Assembly: GCF_001194135.2 (NCBI RefSeq)
Contig: NC_068981.1
Coordinates: 31,854,499 to 31,918,498, forward strand
DNA length: 64,000 nucleotides
Direction of reading: 5' to 3'
DNA from: Octopus bimaculoides
Lineage: Eukaryota
Of this stretch, positions 26,339 through 40,292 are shown piece by piece; position 1 is the stretch's first letter, and each line of letters starts with the position of its first letter. The translations under genes were made by a program, and so were the position numbers. The notes under the pieces are model-generated. The model saw only the letters and a list, made by a program, of their open reading frames with translations, did no database searches and was not told the DNA's origin.

Positions 26339-28492
26339 CGTAATACCGATTATATAAATCAGTAAAGAAGCCTTTCAATTGACTGGTTACTCCGAACGGT
26401 TTGATAGCAATTGAAGCGACTTCAAAGTATTTTTAGCATAGTATTATAGTATTCTTACTATTAAACGTATGAATTTATTTATGATTCGTAAATATGACAA
26501 ATATTTGAGCCAATAAAACGTTCTTATTATATTGACTAGAACGATGAAATGAGTAATTTTGATGTGCTGAAGTATAATCTAACGACCATAAATTTGACTG
26601 CAACGAATATTTGGACTTGGAAAAACAACCTGTAACTCTTTTACTTTTAGATGTTCTACGTTGTTAGACTGTAATATCCCGATTGGTATCTTATACTGTT
26701 ACCAGGAGGAATATGTATTGTTGAATGTTGTAAGAAGTTGTAAGGTGAGCTGAAAAGGAGGTCTTCAATTATGAAGGCCCACCTTATGCACGTTTATATG
26801 GATCTCAACTTGCTACACGCCAAGGAAGTCAGGCTGTATGTAGGTCATGAATGCTGCACAGCAACCCTACGGGAGTTTTGAGGTGCCCCAGTGCCAAAGA
26901 ACCTTGGATGTTACAATACAAGATGACAGTTGACTGTAGGGTGAATTATGCCTTTTGAAATTCACTGCCATTCCACCTTGACCAGATTCAGAAAGCCACA
27001 TGACTTTGAATTTCAGTGGATGATAAATCAAACTAAACGATTTATCATTATTGTAATATACCAGAAAAGAAACTCATTTGGAAAACCAGTCAAACTGAAA
27101 ATTACATAGAAATCGGGTTGATAATTGTTAATAATTAGTGTCCGACATATGTCACCAGGTTATCTAACATTGGAGAGCAACTTACCCCAAACCTGCAATT
27201 GCGTCGTACTTCAAATGACACAAAGGTACTAAACAGGTTTGTCATTGATGGCTTTCTCTAGAGTTACAATCTATGGAAGTAAAATGAAACTAAGTGATAG
27301 GCTGAAACTGAAATGTTTAATCGAATTACTATATGCGTGTTATTGTGGATAAGCCGTTATCGAACTCTCTACTAGGAGTAACTAAAAGTTAATATTTCTT
27401 AAATATCAATACAATACATGCACAAGCATAGTATGAACTCTACATAATACATAGAGGCGAGAAAACTCCCGATAGATATATCTCGTATTGTTTTCTTTAC
27501 ACCGTTATTATCATTATACTATTAGAAATGTTAAAAAAGTGAATACGAAATAACAACTTATGATAGCCTGGTGATATGTATTTTTTTTTTCAAAAAGTTA
27601 AATAATAAGAAAAACAACATGATTTACCCTGGAATATTGTCGTTCTTCCAAACTTTTAAAATCGTAGTTGTATCAATAAGATGACGCTGTTATGATGATG
27701 CTATAATGGTGTTGTTACGTTAAAAACAACAACGCCCTCGTTGGCATTCGCCGATAAACACTGTACGTCTATAAAAGGTGTTATAACTGGAGGTTGTTTC
27801 ACAACATTTATTCTCTCCATCGATGATATAAACAAATTATTTCACTAGCTGTTTGTTTATGGAGCCAGCAGCGACGTCTTTATCAGCCTTATTAAGGTGA
27901 ACATTTTTGTATATTACGAAAAAAGAAAATGTTCATTACAACTAATAGATTCGTGTGCAGCAAGCTATCTTTATTTTTTTCAACAACGCCTCAGTTGTGT
28001 TCTAACATTTGTATACGCACATACGTATATTTACACACACATACACACACGCGCACATATATGTACACACATACATATATATATGTACATACTTGTNNNN
28101 NNNNNNNNNNNNNNNNNNNNNNNNNNNNNNNNNNNNNNNNNNNNNNNNNNNNNNNNNNNNNNNNNNNNNNNNNNNNNNNNNNNNNNNNNNNNNNNNNNNN
28201 NNNNNNNNNNNNNNNNNNNNNNNNNNNNNNNNNNNNNNNNNNNNNNNNNNNNNNNNNNNNNNNNNNNNNNNNNNNNNNNNNNNNNNNNNNNNNNNNNNNN
28301 NNNNNNNNNNNNNNNNNNNNNNNNNNNNNNNNNNNNNNNNNNNNNNNNNNNNNNNNNNNNNNNNNNNNNNNNNNNNNNNNNNNNTATATCTGTATGTATG
28401 TATATATGCATTCATGTATATATGCATTCATGTATATATTCATATCTATACACACGCACTGACATACACATATACACAGAAGTCAGCTTAAC

Positions 28493-28537
<45 letters not shown>

Positions 28538-31500
28538 ACCTCCACTTGCTCATTTTCTCTCTTTCTCGCACTATATGTGGGGCATATGTGTGTATATATA
28601 ATTGTATGTATGTATATATATATATATATACATATAATTATATTATGTATGTATGTACGTATGTATATACATGTATGCGTTTAAAATTTTCGTAGAGAGA
28701 AAATATGAAGTCAAATTACTTTCCTGTATAGTTATGCACATGTGAGAATATAATTATATGCATACAGATGTATAAACGCTCACATACGCACACCTATATA
28801 CATCTTTCTCTCTACCTCTCTATGTCTCTCTGTCTATCTATTTATTTGTCTATCTATCAGTCTTTATGTATACATAGCATTATATATTTACCGATACTGT
28901 TGTACATTGAGTAAATGTGTTTCTTTGTTGTAGTTTAATAATAATGTGAGTGCTCGATCTTTCCTAGAATTAAGATTGAATGAATGTGGTGATATCTAAG
29001 GTACGCCTGTTCCAAAATAACAATTATTTTAGTGTTTTTGACACCTCCGGCTTAAATGGTACTGCCCAGGTGTCGAAACCATAGCGATATCCGTGAGGCA
29101 GCTGATGATAGAGGTATGTTGGATTGTTGATATGGCTGTTATTGTATGCGCAGAATAGTTATATAACACATCCATTTGATATATATAATTTATGTATGTA
29201 TGTCAGTAGATGGATAGGTAGGTAGGTAGGTAGGTAGGTAGGTAGATAGGTAGGTAGGTATCATGCTTTCCTATTCGCACACTGGTTCTAATACTCTGAT
29301 GCTAGATTGTTAGTACATTATACATCCGAATAACGTCTTAGATGACAATAAAACGTAATATGAAAGTGAATAAATTTCAAGCGAATTGAAACTATGTAAT
29401 TCGTCATCGTTTTTCATTTAATTCCTTGCTCTCTTTTACATCACGCAAAATTCATAAAAGCAAAAACAGATCGCATGACATTCAAATGGTTTCTGGATGA
29501 ATATCTCCAACAAATTCCAGACAGACCAAATACACCCGTATATATCTCTGCAAAGAATAACTCTTTTCTCGAATTGGCTCTGGTACGCAAAGAATGACTG
29601 CAAAATGTAACGACATTAAATGACTTTGGTAGGTGGTGCTATTAAGATAGTCATGGCTTGGGTCACTTCTAACCGAAACTTATCTGAGTGTATATATANN
29701 NNNNNNNNNNNNNNNNNNNNNNNNNNNNNNNNNNNNNNNNNNNNNNNNNNNNNNNNNNNNNNNNNNNNNNNNNNNNNNNNNNNNNNNNNNNNNNNNNNNN
29801 NNNNNNNNNNNNNNNNNNNNNNNNNNNNNNNNNNNNNNNNNNNNNNNNNNNNNNNNNNNNNNNNNNNNNNNNNNNNNNNNNNNNNNNNNNNNNNNNNNNN
29901 NNNNNNNNNNNNNNNNNNNNNNNNNNNNNNNNNNNNNNNNNNNNNNNNNNNNNNNNNNNNNNNNNNNNNNNNNNNNNNNNNNNNNNNNNNNNNNNNNNNN
30001 NNNNNNNNNNNNNNNNNNNNNNNNNNNNNNNNNNNNNNNNNNNNNNNNNNNNNNNNNNNNNNNNNNNNNNNNNNNNNNNNNNNNNNNNNNNNNNNNNNNN
30101 NNNNNNNNNNNNNNNNNNNNNNNNNNNNNNNNNNAATATATATATATGTATGTATGTATGTATGTATATGTATGCATGTATGTATGTATGTGTATATATA
30201 TATATATGTATATATTTGTGTGTGTGTCTCTGTGTGTGTACGTATGTGTGTGTGTGTGTGCGTGTAGATAGATAGATAGAGAGAGAGAGAGAAAGAGAGA
30301 GAGAGTAATTATTTAGACTTTGATTATACACCTAGTAGTTTGCCGACTAAAGCACTTTCACCATTTAGGCTACTTGGTGTCATCCACAGTTTTGATATAA
30401 GTGTCCCTGGATCAACCTTAGGAATTCTGCAGTGCTCGACGTTTTAGTGAATGGGGCAAATGAAAATGAAGTTCACGCTAATCTTTATTTATCATAGCGA
30501 TCGCTTCGACCCATCTTGCATTGGTTCCTTGCGGGTGGGATACTGTACTACTAGTTGTATTGCATCCTCCAGCCAGATGTATCTCGTCAGTTGTCTTGTT
30601 TTAAAGAAGATACTCCGCTCAATATACTCGGCGTTTTTGCTTGGTTCGATTATACAGCGTGTTGTTGCCAGTAGGTTGTTGGCTACAATGACGGGGGATG
30701 GATACAATTTCCAGGTCATGACCGGCCAAACAATCTCACCCAGTTATCTGTTACCGACCGCAACCTGGCTGCACAGCGGAGAAGCGGTACCCTTTGTTTG
30801 CTTGCCTCTAATGAGACCATCTTAGTTCTTTATAACCGTAATGACATCTGCTTAACGACGTAAGCATATGTATGTATGCGCAGTGACCACTAGGGTGTAT
30901 GTTTATGTACGTTTATATATGTGGTTATGTCCACATGTGGTTTACTTATTTTATATTTTTGTGTACATGTGTATACTTATTTTATCTTTTTATTCTTATC
31001 TGTTGCCATTTTTTTATCTATTGCTATGTCATGTATTCACTGTGAACCATAAGCAGACCCATTAACTTGTTATAACCTGGAATTGTATTCACACGCGGAC
31101 GTGCACATATATTTCAAATGCTTCTTCACAGTCTCCCTGTTCCATTCACAATTTATTGATTGATCCAGGCTATGAGTAGAGCGACTGAAGCTTTAGTTCC
31201 GTATATAATTGACTGCAAATGGGATTCACTTTTGTCATTGACATATGTAATTTTCCTTTCATGAAGCAAGGCGGTTGGTCAGCGAATTTTGTATTTAGTA
31301 AACCCTATTAACAATCGTTATCAACATTTAACATGGCGTTTGCATGAATGAGATTGAGGTGTGGGGGGGGGAGGAGAAAAACTGAAAATTATCTCCAAGA
31401 AACATAAGAGCTTTTAAGGTCGCTCTGTGAGGCTTTTGCCCAAATAAAACTAAATGTATATATATATATATATATATAACGAGAGGAAGAGAGAGAGAGA

Positions 31501-32062
31501 GAGAAATTATTATTTGAGAAACGTAAGGTTGCAAGTAATATCTAATATATCCTCTACAGATTTAACTTGATTGATGATGTTTAGGACAACTAATTAATTA
31601 GTGGTTTAAGGGCCACAGAAGTCAAAATTAACAAATGCATTCATATCTTTTCAGGTGAAGGAACGATGAAGATGTTGGTATTGCTTCTGTTACTAGAAGC
31701 ATCTCAATTAAAAAGAGAACTAAGTGAAAATACCCCTGGCTGCGGTTGTTAGATAACAGGTCGGAAATGACCAGTAAAGGAAAGGCTGAATTGCAAATAT
31801 ATTATTTCTTTGGTGTATATGATCCTGTCGCATGCAATTATGAAATTATTCTCTCCATATAAATGATACACATGTTTCGTGATCAATCCCACTGCTTGAT
31901 GCTTTGGGCAAGTATTTTCTTCTATAGCTTCGGCCCAATCAAAAATTTCTGAGTGGATTAGATAGACGAAATTTTGAAAAAGCGTATATATATATATATA
32001 TATAAACATTATTAAGGGATCAGCAACAGTTGCTTCACCACATACCGAAGTTCATAAATAGC

Positions 32063-32341
32063 AGCTAAAGTGCTAAAACTTCAACAGATAGTAGTAGATT
32101 CGGAGATGCTGGTAATATTATGTTGATGCACGATGGCGCTGGGTCGAGCATGCATAATTGCCTGCATCCTCAAACTTGCAACTTGAATATCATACTGACG
32201 ACGGAAATGAAGGTTCTTACCATTCTGATCCAGAAACGCGTATATGATTAACTAAGACTGGTTAGTTTCGTTGTTTTTCTTCTTGTTTTGCCTTTGTGAG
32301 TTACAAGTACTACTATCAGTTGGAGTTTTAGCACTTTAGCT
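32063..32341. mobile_element. About 280-bp unit bounded by 34-bp inverted repeats (MITE-like or inverted pLTR) containing a hammerhead motif
   Basis: agctaaagtgctaaaacttcaacagatagtagta (32063-32096) is the reverse complement of tactactatcagttggagttttagcactttagct (32308-32341) with 2 mismatches. No TSD found. Confidence 0.7.
32189..32248 (+). ncRNA. Type-I hammerhead ribozyme with intact core
   Basis: atcata CTGACGA cggaaatg...cattctgatcca GAAA CGCG TA tatgat: 6-bp stem I, ACGCGT palindromic stem III, GUA triplet. Confidence 0.75.
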
Positions 32342-32344
32342 CCC

Positions 32345-33735
32345 AACAGACTGTGTCCTCCACTATCGATGACGTCATCTCCTCCTCCTATTTCCCCCCA
32401 ACGCCTCTAATCTCATTGCATGCACCCCTCGCACCCCCACACTTTACTTTCTCACCAAAATTCACAAACCTAATGACCCTGGCCGCCCCATCGTCTCCGC
32501 CTGCAACTGCCCCACCGAACTCATCTCCAGATACCTTAACCGTGTCCTTGCACCCTAGTGGCTTCCATCCCTTCCCCCATATATGACACCAACCATGCTC
32601 TTCGTTTGTTCAGCTTTTTCGCCTTCCCTCCCCACCCCTCTAAACTCTTCACTCTTGACATCAAGAGCCTATACACGGTGATCCCTCACCAGGTGGGGCT
32701 GCGTGCACTCCAACATTTCGTTGACCTTCTACTCAACCCCCAACCAGATACATCCACACCCCCTCATCTGGCTGAACTTGTCCATTCGCTTAACTGCTTC
32801 TCGTTCGTGGGTAATTTTTACCAGCAGTTTTCGGGAGTCGCCACGCGAACAAGAATGGTCCCCAACTATGCGAACCTGTTTTTTGGCTACGTTGAGGCCG
32901 AAATATTCTCAAGTTTCACTGGTCCCATTACTGAACTATACGGTCGTTATATTGACGATTGTATCGGTGCAACCTCAATCTCCCGCGAACATCTAGACCC
33001 CTTCATCACTTTTGTCAAATCTTTCCATCTTGCCCTCCACTTCTGCACTGTTTCCGACACTTCAGTCGCCTTTCTTGACGTTTTGGTCAGCATTCATCAC
33101 ACCACTCTCACCACCTCCATCCGCTACAAACACACAAACTCACACTTATCCCTCGAATTCTCCTCCTCCCACCTAAAACACGCCAAGCTCTCCATCCCCT
33201 ATTCACAATTCCTCCGTCTATGCAGGCTCTGCGTTGACGACCATGACTTTTAGACTCAGTCTCAACTCATGGCTCACCACTTCATCCTACGTAGATATCC
33301 CCTCACCACTATCCACACCACCCTTGCCAGTGCACGTTCCGTGGACCGTACATCTGCTCTCTTTCCCCGCACCCGTCAAGCCGTGACCGTCTCCCGTTTC
33401 CCCTCACCTACTACCCCACCACGCTACCTCAACGTCATCTACTGCATCACCTGCTCTCTCTGTCCTTCTCTATACATCGGTAAAACGGGACGTCAAAGAC
33501 ACCGGCCCCCATCCACACGTACATACACGCTCTCACATACACACACACGCGCACTTACGTTTTGGGATCACCACTACTATACTATCTCCCCTTCTTCCTA
33601 GCTCTCTTGTGTGACCCCTTTGTCTGGGATTCGCCGTGATAGACCGCTAGCCACTAAACCTTTTTTCCTTTTCTCTCCCTGTTTATTTCTGCATTTCTTT
33701 CTGTCGAAGAGCGTAGGCGCGAACACATTGTATAC
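32345..33735 (+). mobile_element. Penelope-like retroelement, 5'-truncated, with RT, internally deleted linker, GIY-YIG start and pLTR
   Basis: ORF 32558-33253 has LFTLDIKSLYTVIPH, YQQFSGVATRTRMVPNYANLF, GRYIDDC, AFLDV, IPYSQFLRL. NVIYCITCSLCPSLYIGKTGR lies at 33431-33493. Confidence 0.9.
33697..33730 (+). ncRNA. Decayed hammerhead-like variant (CUGU core) in PLE pLTR
   Basis: cttt CTGTCGA A GAGC GTAG GCGC GAAC; homologous to the 46052-46087 copy. Confidence 0.35.
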
Positions 33736-33926
33736 TTTCTCACTTCATATATATATTTATATATATATGAAAACAGAAATGACAAATATAAAACAATTTA
33801 CTCATGAACTTCATTGTTCATTCCTCGTCATCACTTTTCACTTATTACCTCTCAGTGCTCGACTAAAGCTTCGTTCAGAAGCATACATATATTGAGTTCT
33901 ACACCAAGTTATTAGCATCGCAATAC

Positions 33927-34145
33927 TGTGTGTGTGTTTCTCTTTGTGTTTGTATTTGTTCCCCACCGCCATTTGACAACCGTTGTTGCATTGTTTACGT
34001 ACCCGTTACTTAGCGATTCGGAACAAGCTACGGATAGAATAAGTGCCTGGGTTACAATAAAAATAAATACTGGGACCAATATATTCGACCAAAAATCTTT
34101 CGAGGCGGTGCCCTAGCATGGCCGCAGTCTAGTGAATGAAACATA
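33927..34145 (+). mobile_element. SINE family B, 3' half
   Basis: gtttgtatttgttccccaccgccatttgacaaccg...cttagcgattcgg...gatagaataagt...gaggcggtgccctagcatggccgcagtc. Confidence 0.75.
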
Positions 34146-34190
34146 ATGAACAATATCACATTTGTTTTTTAGTTATATACGTATATTTCA

Positions 34191-34565
34191 TTTTCTTTTA
34201 TCCTTTGTTTCACTCATTGGTTTACAGCCACGCTGGGGTACCGCCTTGATGTGTTTAAGCGAACATATAGTTATATGTTTTGTCTCTTTTGCTGAAATGC
34301 TAAGTTATGTGGACGTAAAGAAACCGACACCGGTAGTCAAGCGGTAATTATGGACAAACACAAAATCACACATACATACATAATCTTATGCATGTATTTA
34401 TACACGATGGAATTTCACGCAGTTTATATCTCTATAATTTCACACACAAAACATTAGTCGACCAGTGAATACGTGCAACCGAAGACATTCGCCCAACGTG
34501 CAGCATGCACAATGGAAATGAAACGAAAATTACGTTGTTGCACGAAACATATGAATACACAGCAG
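34191..34565 (-). mobile_element. SINE family B, degenerate, inverted relative to the preceding copy
   Basis: tgtttcactcattgg..acagccacgctggggtaccgcc...gctaagttatgtggacgtaaag..accgacaccggtagtcaagcgg is the reverse complement of the SINE B 3' half. Confidence 0.7.
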
Positions 34566-36189
34566 AGGAAATTGTTCTTAAAGTATTATAGCATGAAATT
34601 TTAGCATGAAATCTTCACTATCGTAGGTGTGTTAGACATAGAATATTTAATGCTCGAGTCATTATACAATCTAAAATAATTACAGAATCATTATAAAGAA
34701 TATTAGTTATCGCGAATTCCCTTTAAGTATTTCGGTAACTACGGTTTTTATTTTGGCGTCCAACAGTTGGAGAAATAAACAAATAAATATAAACACTTAA
34801 AATTATAATGGTCATTGACTGATATGGTCTTATGCTCTTACATAATTATATCCTGGATGTTTTTGTAGTGACCTCTTGCTTAACTTAACTATTGGCTTCC
34901 ATGCAGAATGCGTCGTTGAGTTATACTATTAATCATATTGCTTTATACATGATCTGTAAAATGTATCTTCAGTCATCCTAGCTGATACCTATAAATGAGA
35001 ATGATGTCATGCATACTTAATCGGATCATCTGTTATTTTCAATCGGAACAGTCAACTTGAAAAATACGTAAACGTTATCTTGAATTACGTATACATTCGA
35101 TTCATCATTGCCTCCAACCGTTGCAGGTGGTATAAATAAATATATACGCATACACTCATATACGCATTAGTGTGTCTATGTATGGGTCTGAGTGTTTGTC
35201 TGTGTGTGTAGATATTTTTCTCTAATTAGTGTTTTTACCTCTTTGCCTGACTCTACTGAGTATCTCAGAGAAAAAAAAAAGAAAAGAAAACCGAATTCTG
35301 CAAGCTGCGATTCAAGAATTTCCTTGGGTTGCAGCATTCTTTCTGCAAAATTCTGTCTTATCTTATTTCTTCCTTTTCTGCATTTTTTTCATGATGCTGT
35401 TGGAATAAGACAGACGAGTTTCTATCGATCTCCGTCCTAATTTAATTTGTGTTCTCAACAGGTTTAATATATTTCGGAGATTAATAGTAGCTGATTACTT
35501 ATCTACTACTTTATCTTTGTTTTCCAATATTTTTTTATTCGATGCGTGTGTTTTTCTATTGTATGTATCATCCAAAGTCTTTTATCGTTCTTTATCCTAG
35601 CTTGAGGACACAAGACTGTTAGGTGTGAGGACAATGTCTTTGTTGAATGTGCCAGATCAAACTTCTGTATAGAATTTTTTCATATATATAGTATCTTTTG
35701 TTTTTGTTGCTAGTTGTTTCTGAAGAAATGTTTTGATGCAAGAGAGACGAACGTAATTAAATAATATAGCTATACTGCACGTTTCTTCTATGAAGTCTAC
35801 CAACAACATATTATAAATACATATGTCAATATATTATATCTTCTGAAATAAATTCCAAGAAAAAGAGTGATTCCTTACATGGTAAATCTTTTTATCCTCT
35901 GCCTTTTAGGTGCTGAATCACGTTGATACACTCATTCCTATTAGTCTACGATATCATTCTTATTCTATGTACAGATCATTTATTTTTCTATTTCCTTATT
36001 TCTACAAAAGATATTGCCCCTAGAGTTTGAGAAAGAAATTACTATAATCTAGGATTTGAAGACATTCGAAGTGCGAGTATGGTGAAATCATTTAAATATA
36101 TTTCGCTATATGCTTACAGTATAATAGAGAGTTAGTGTGTTAAATGCCTTCCATCAGCTTGAGAAATGATTATAGAAGAATACTATATT

Positions 36190-36399
36190 TTCTATTCTAG
36201 GCACAAGGCCCGAAATTTTGGGGGAAGGGACCAGTCGATTAGATCGGCCCCAGTACGCAACTGGTACTTAATTTCTCGACCCTGAAAAGATGAAAGGCAA
36301 AGTCGACCTCGGCGAAATTTGAACTCAGAATGTAACGGCAGACGAAATACCGCTAGGCATTTCCTCCGGCATGCTAACGATTCTGCCAGCTTTCCACCC
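36190..36399 (-). mobile_element. tRNA-derived SINE family A, well-preserved full copy
   Basis: Reverse strand: gctggcagaatcgttagcatgccgg...ctgagttcaaatttcgccgaggtcgactttgcctttcatc...ccaaaatttcgggccttgtgcctagaata. Confidence 0.9.
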
Positions 36400-36647
36400 T
36401 CGTAGAAAAATACTATATTCGCATTAATGAACAGTTCATTGTGTATAGCAGCCCACTATTTAATGGTGCTTATTCTCTTACAAGTTAAAACGAATGCAAT
36501 TTAATTCAAAATTTAAATATACAAAGTGGTGAACCGTTAAGTGTATTGTTTAGCTGGTGTTACATAATCCTATTCATTATATATTAAATATCTGAGCCGT
36601 AGATGTTATGACGGCTCTCAGCATTGAAGAACTTTTAAAATCCCGCC

Positions 36648-36684
<37 letters not shown>

Positions 36685-39488
36685 TGTTTAAATATATAGT
36701 ATATTTATCCGGATGAAATTATCTTCGTCCTTTAATAGGAATTTTTTCCATAGATTTCTAATGTCCTTTCCTCATCCGTTATTTACGAATTTTGAAATCG
36801 TATTGGTATGAAAGTATGTAAAGAAATAATTAATATAAGACTTAATATATTAAACAAAGTTAAATAAATTTCATCATTTTCTCTGACTCGTGTTCGGTTT
36901 GCAAGATTTTTGCTTTGAATTCGTGTGTTGAAACAAATCATATTGTTTATTGCGAGAGTCATTACGCTAATATCAATGATACACGCAGTGGTCCAGTTCC
37001 ATTTCCTCATTGTAAGTCGATTGGTTAAATGTCTGACCAACTACTTGATTATCCAAGCAGTCACGTGGGCATACACACCACTACACGCACGCACGTATAT
37101 ACATTCACAAAAAACTCTTCGTTTATTCTCATCCTTACCTCCTCTCCGAAGCAAACACATATCTACATACACACATGCGAGCATGCATACGCAGGCATAA
37201 GACCAAACCTCAGACAGACTTAGTGCTGACCTTGTAGAGAGAGGCTAAGTCACTAAGTCACTAAAAAGGCCGCGAACGGCTACGAAAAACAGACTGACAG
37301 ATTGATCGTTTAGACTAGCACACTAAACAAACGATCGATTAGTTAGTTGGTTACTTATTTAACCAATCAACTAACGATAAAGAAGTGGTATTGAACCAGT
37401 GCGTGTCTTACTATTATTGGCGTCATGACTATCCCTAGAACACAACATTTTCTTTATATTTTTCAATGATAACATACTAATGTGAAATTTTCAAAACGTT
37501 GTATGTCTGTGTGTGTGTGTGTGTGTGTGTGTTGTGTGCGCTTGCGTGCGTGTGTACATGTGCAGGTGCGTGTATACATATATGTGTGTGTATGTGTTAT
37601 TTTTGAATGAATATTACAGAATTAAAGAAACAACAACAAAAATCCATTAAATATACGACTATATATAAAACGATATACACAATATAAGACTATACATAGA
37701 ACTATATACGTAAACATACATGAATACCTACATAGAAAAGGAAACAATGTGATGAGGAAGAACTAAATTAGAGATATACCACAGGGATTCTAAAGCTAAG
37801 TGCTATTGCACAAAATACATTTTAGTGAACTAGATCCGTCTTTTCTGATGCCTAATTCAATGAGTGATAGGGATGTTACGACTAGTTCCTATGTGGCAAG
37901 CTATTCTCACGGATACTCGCAGCCGGATATACACTATAGGAAAAGAAAACCTTGACAGACTAAACAATGTGTTCTTTCTTAATTATGCAATTGACGATTG
38001 TGTCACGAGCTACAGATTTTGAAAAGAATATACCATTCTGTTCATCCTAAGCCTAAATCCTTTTATATTTCTTTCTATCTCTTCATTCATATACATATGT
38101 ATATATAAATATACATATATAAATGTATGTATGCATATATATATATATATACATATGTATGCATGCATCTATTATATGTATCATATGTATNNNNNNNNNN
38201 NNNNNNNNNNNNNNNNNNNNNNNNNNNNNNNNNNNNNNNNNNNNNNNNNNNNNNNNNNNNNNNNNNNNNNNNNNNNNNNNNNNNNNNNNNNNNNNNNNNN
38301 NNNNNNNNNNNNNNNNNNNNNNNNNNNNNNNNNNNNNNNNNNNNNNATGTATGTATGTATGTATTTGTAGAGATGCATATATACGCATATATATGTATGT
38401 GAGTGTGTGTATGTCTATATTTACTGTGTTATATCCAGTCATTTTGTCACCTGCAAACATCGTTGTACAAATACTAATACAATATGCATTCATTCATTTA
38501 GCAATGTAACAAAACAACTTTGAATTACTTTTCACTCTTCATTGAACATCACCTTATTTTCTGAACAAAATGCGACCTTTAAAGTATATTATTGATTGTA
38601 TGTACAATGTTTAAAACTTAATACATAATTTTAATCAGCGATTGGTTTGGAACGATTTCTTAAGTTTGATTCTGCTTGATTGAATGACTCACAGACCAAC
38701 AAAAATGAAGAAGAATTAAGGAATCTTTGATGCTAAAGCTAAATATAATTCTGCAATACAATTGGTGTCAAGAAATCGTGTTTTAACGTAGTATCGTGTT
38801 TAGTGAAACAAGTACCAGTTAAACGCTGGGGTCGTTGTAATCGACTTACTGCTTGCCCCTAAAACGCTAGCCCTGAGCCAAAATTTAAAATTAAAATAGT
38901 ATCCTGTTAAGGTTGAATTTTCTTAATACATCGAAATGTGAAATTTATAAATTCTCATACACACAGCCAGATACAAACATTGACATACGCACAGATAGAT
39001 ATACATTTTTTTATATTCTACCTTTTATTTTTTGCTGTCATTAAACTTCTACCATACTGGTGCACCACGTTGAAGGTTTTTAGTGGAACGAATCGATCTC
39101 AGTATTAATTGTTTCAAGCCCGGCACTATTTCTATCGCTATGTTGCAGAGACATTCTCAAACCAGTAGCGGCTGTCAAGCAGTAGAGGACAATACAATCA
39201 CAAAGACACATATAGGCACACACACACGCACAAACATGCACACAGTTTTCAATAATAAAAAAGAAGCAACTACAATTTAATTTGTAATATAATTTAATGA
39301 ACGTTATTGCAATAATATTCATTAAATATGAAATGTGTACCTGTGGTTATGTATATGTGCCTCTGTGTGTTATGTGTGTATGTGTGTGTCTGTATAGTGT
39401 TATGTGTTATATATATATACATACATATACATGCATATATGTATGTATGTATGTATGTATGTATCTCTCTCTCTCTCTATCTCTCTAC

Positions 39489-39521
<33 letters not shown>

Positions 39522-40218
39522 TATANNNNNNNNNNAAGTATAAAAAGCTTCCAATATGATGAAGAGGAATGGCATTATTCTTACCGCATTCGTAGGTCGT
39601 GACACATTCACCAATTAGATAATTATGAAATAATAACATTACTACTGACAGATGGTGTCAATTAACGTGTCTTTTTCTTTCATTTCCTATTGCGAGCATC
39701 CGGCAGTGAACATCTATGGGAACTGATTCCAACGTAGCTTTTATAAAAAAAACAATCTAAATCATGTTGATGTGAACGTGAGTGATTGAGAAAAGATGAT
39801 AATGAAATGGAATGATTAGAATCAGTTCTTTGCCAAATGATGCAACATATTTGAAAAGGACAAATTAAAGAGACCAAAAGTATCTTACTAAAAGTTACTC
39901 TAATGAAGCTGCCTGTTAATCTGAAGAGTGGAAGTTTGTTATTTATGATATGCTCGTCTTTCCAAGGGACGTTACCTTAATCCAATTGAGGCATGCAAGG
40001 GCGATTTGCAAATAGATATCCGGTATGTCCATATCTGCAAAATACAATTTGACCCGTGTGCAGCAAAGTATGTAAATACAAATCTGAATGTGGTTGAGCA
40101 CATGCAGAGATTAACCAACATTAGGAGTCACTAGCAGTTGTCCATCATGTTTGCTTTTGATCATATACACCATCAAGTGTGGTATAACACTTATCTCTGG
40201 GTATATAAGCGTATATAA

Positions 40219-40292
40219 GGCAGTGAGCTGGTAGAAACGTTAGCACGCCGGGCGAAATACCTAGCGGTATTTCGTCTCTCTTTACATTTTGA
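40219..40292 (+). mobile_element. SINE family A head, truncated just before its B box
   Basis: ggcagtgagctggtagaaacgttagcacgccgggcgaaatacctagcggtatttcgtc...ttttgag, then unrelated sequence. Confidence 0.75.

Noticed and set aside
29070-29110. GAAAC...CTGATGA in type-II hammerhead order
   Set aside because: Stems I and III do not pair and there is no GUH site.
31655-31750. ttttcag acceptor followed by MKMLVLLLLL (signal-peptide-like)
   Set aside because: All frames stop within about 100 nt and no convincing donor precedes the stops.
35300-35730. Possible further REL-type LINE relic on the minus strand (LQKQLATK, SHL..CP)
   Set aside because: The motifs are too degenerate to support a call.
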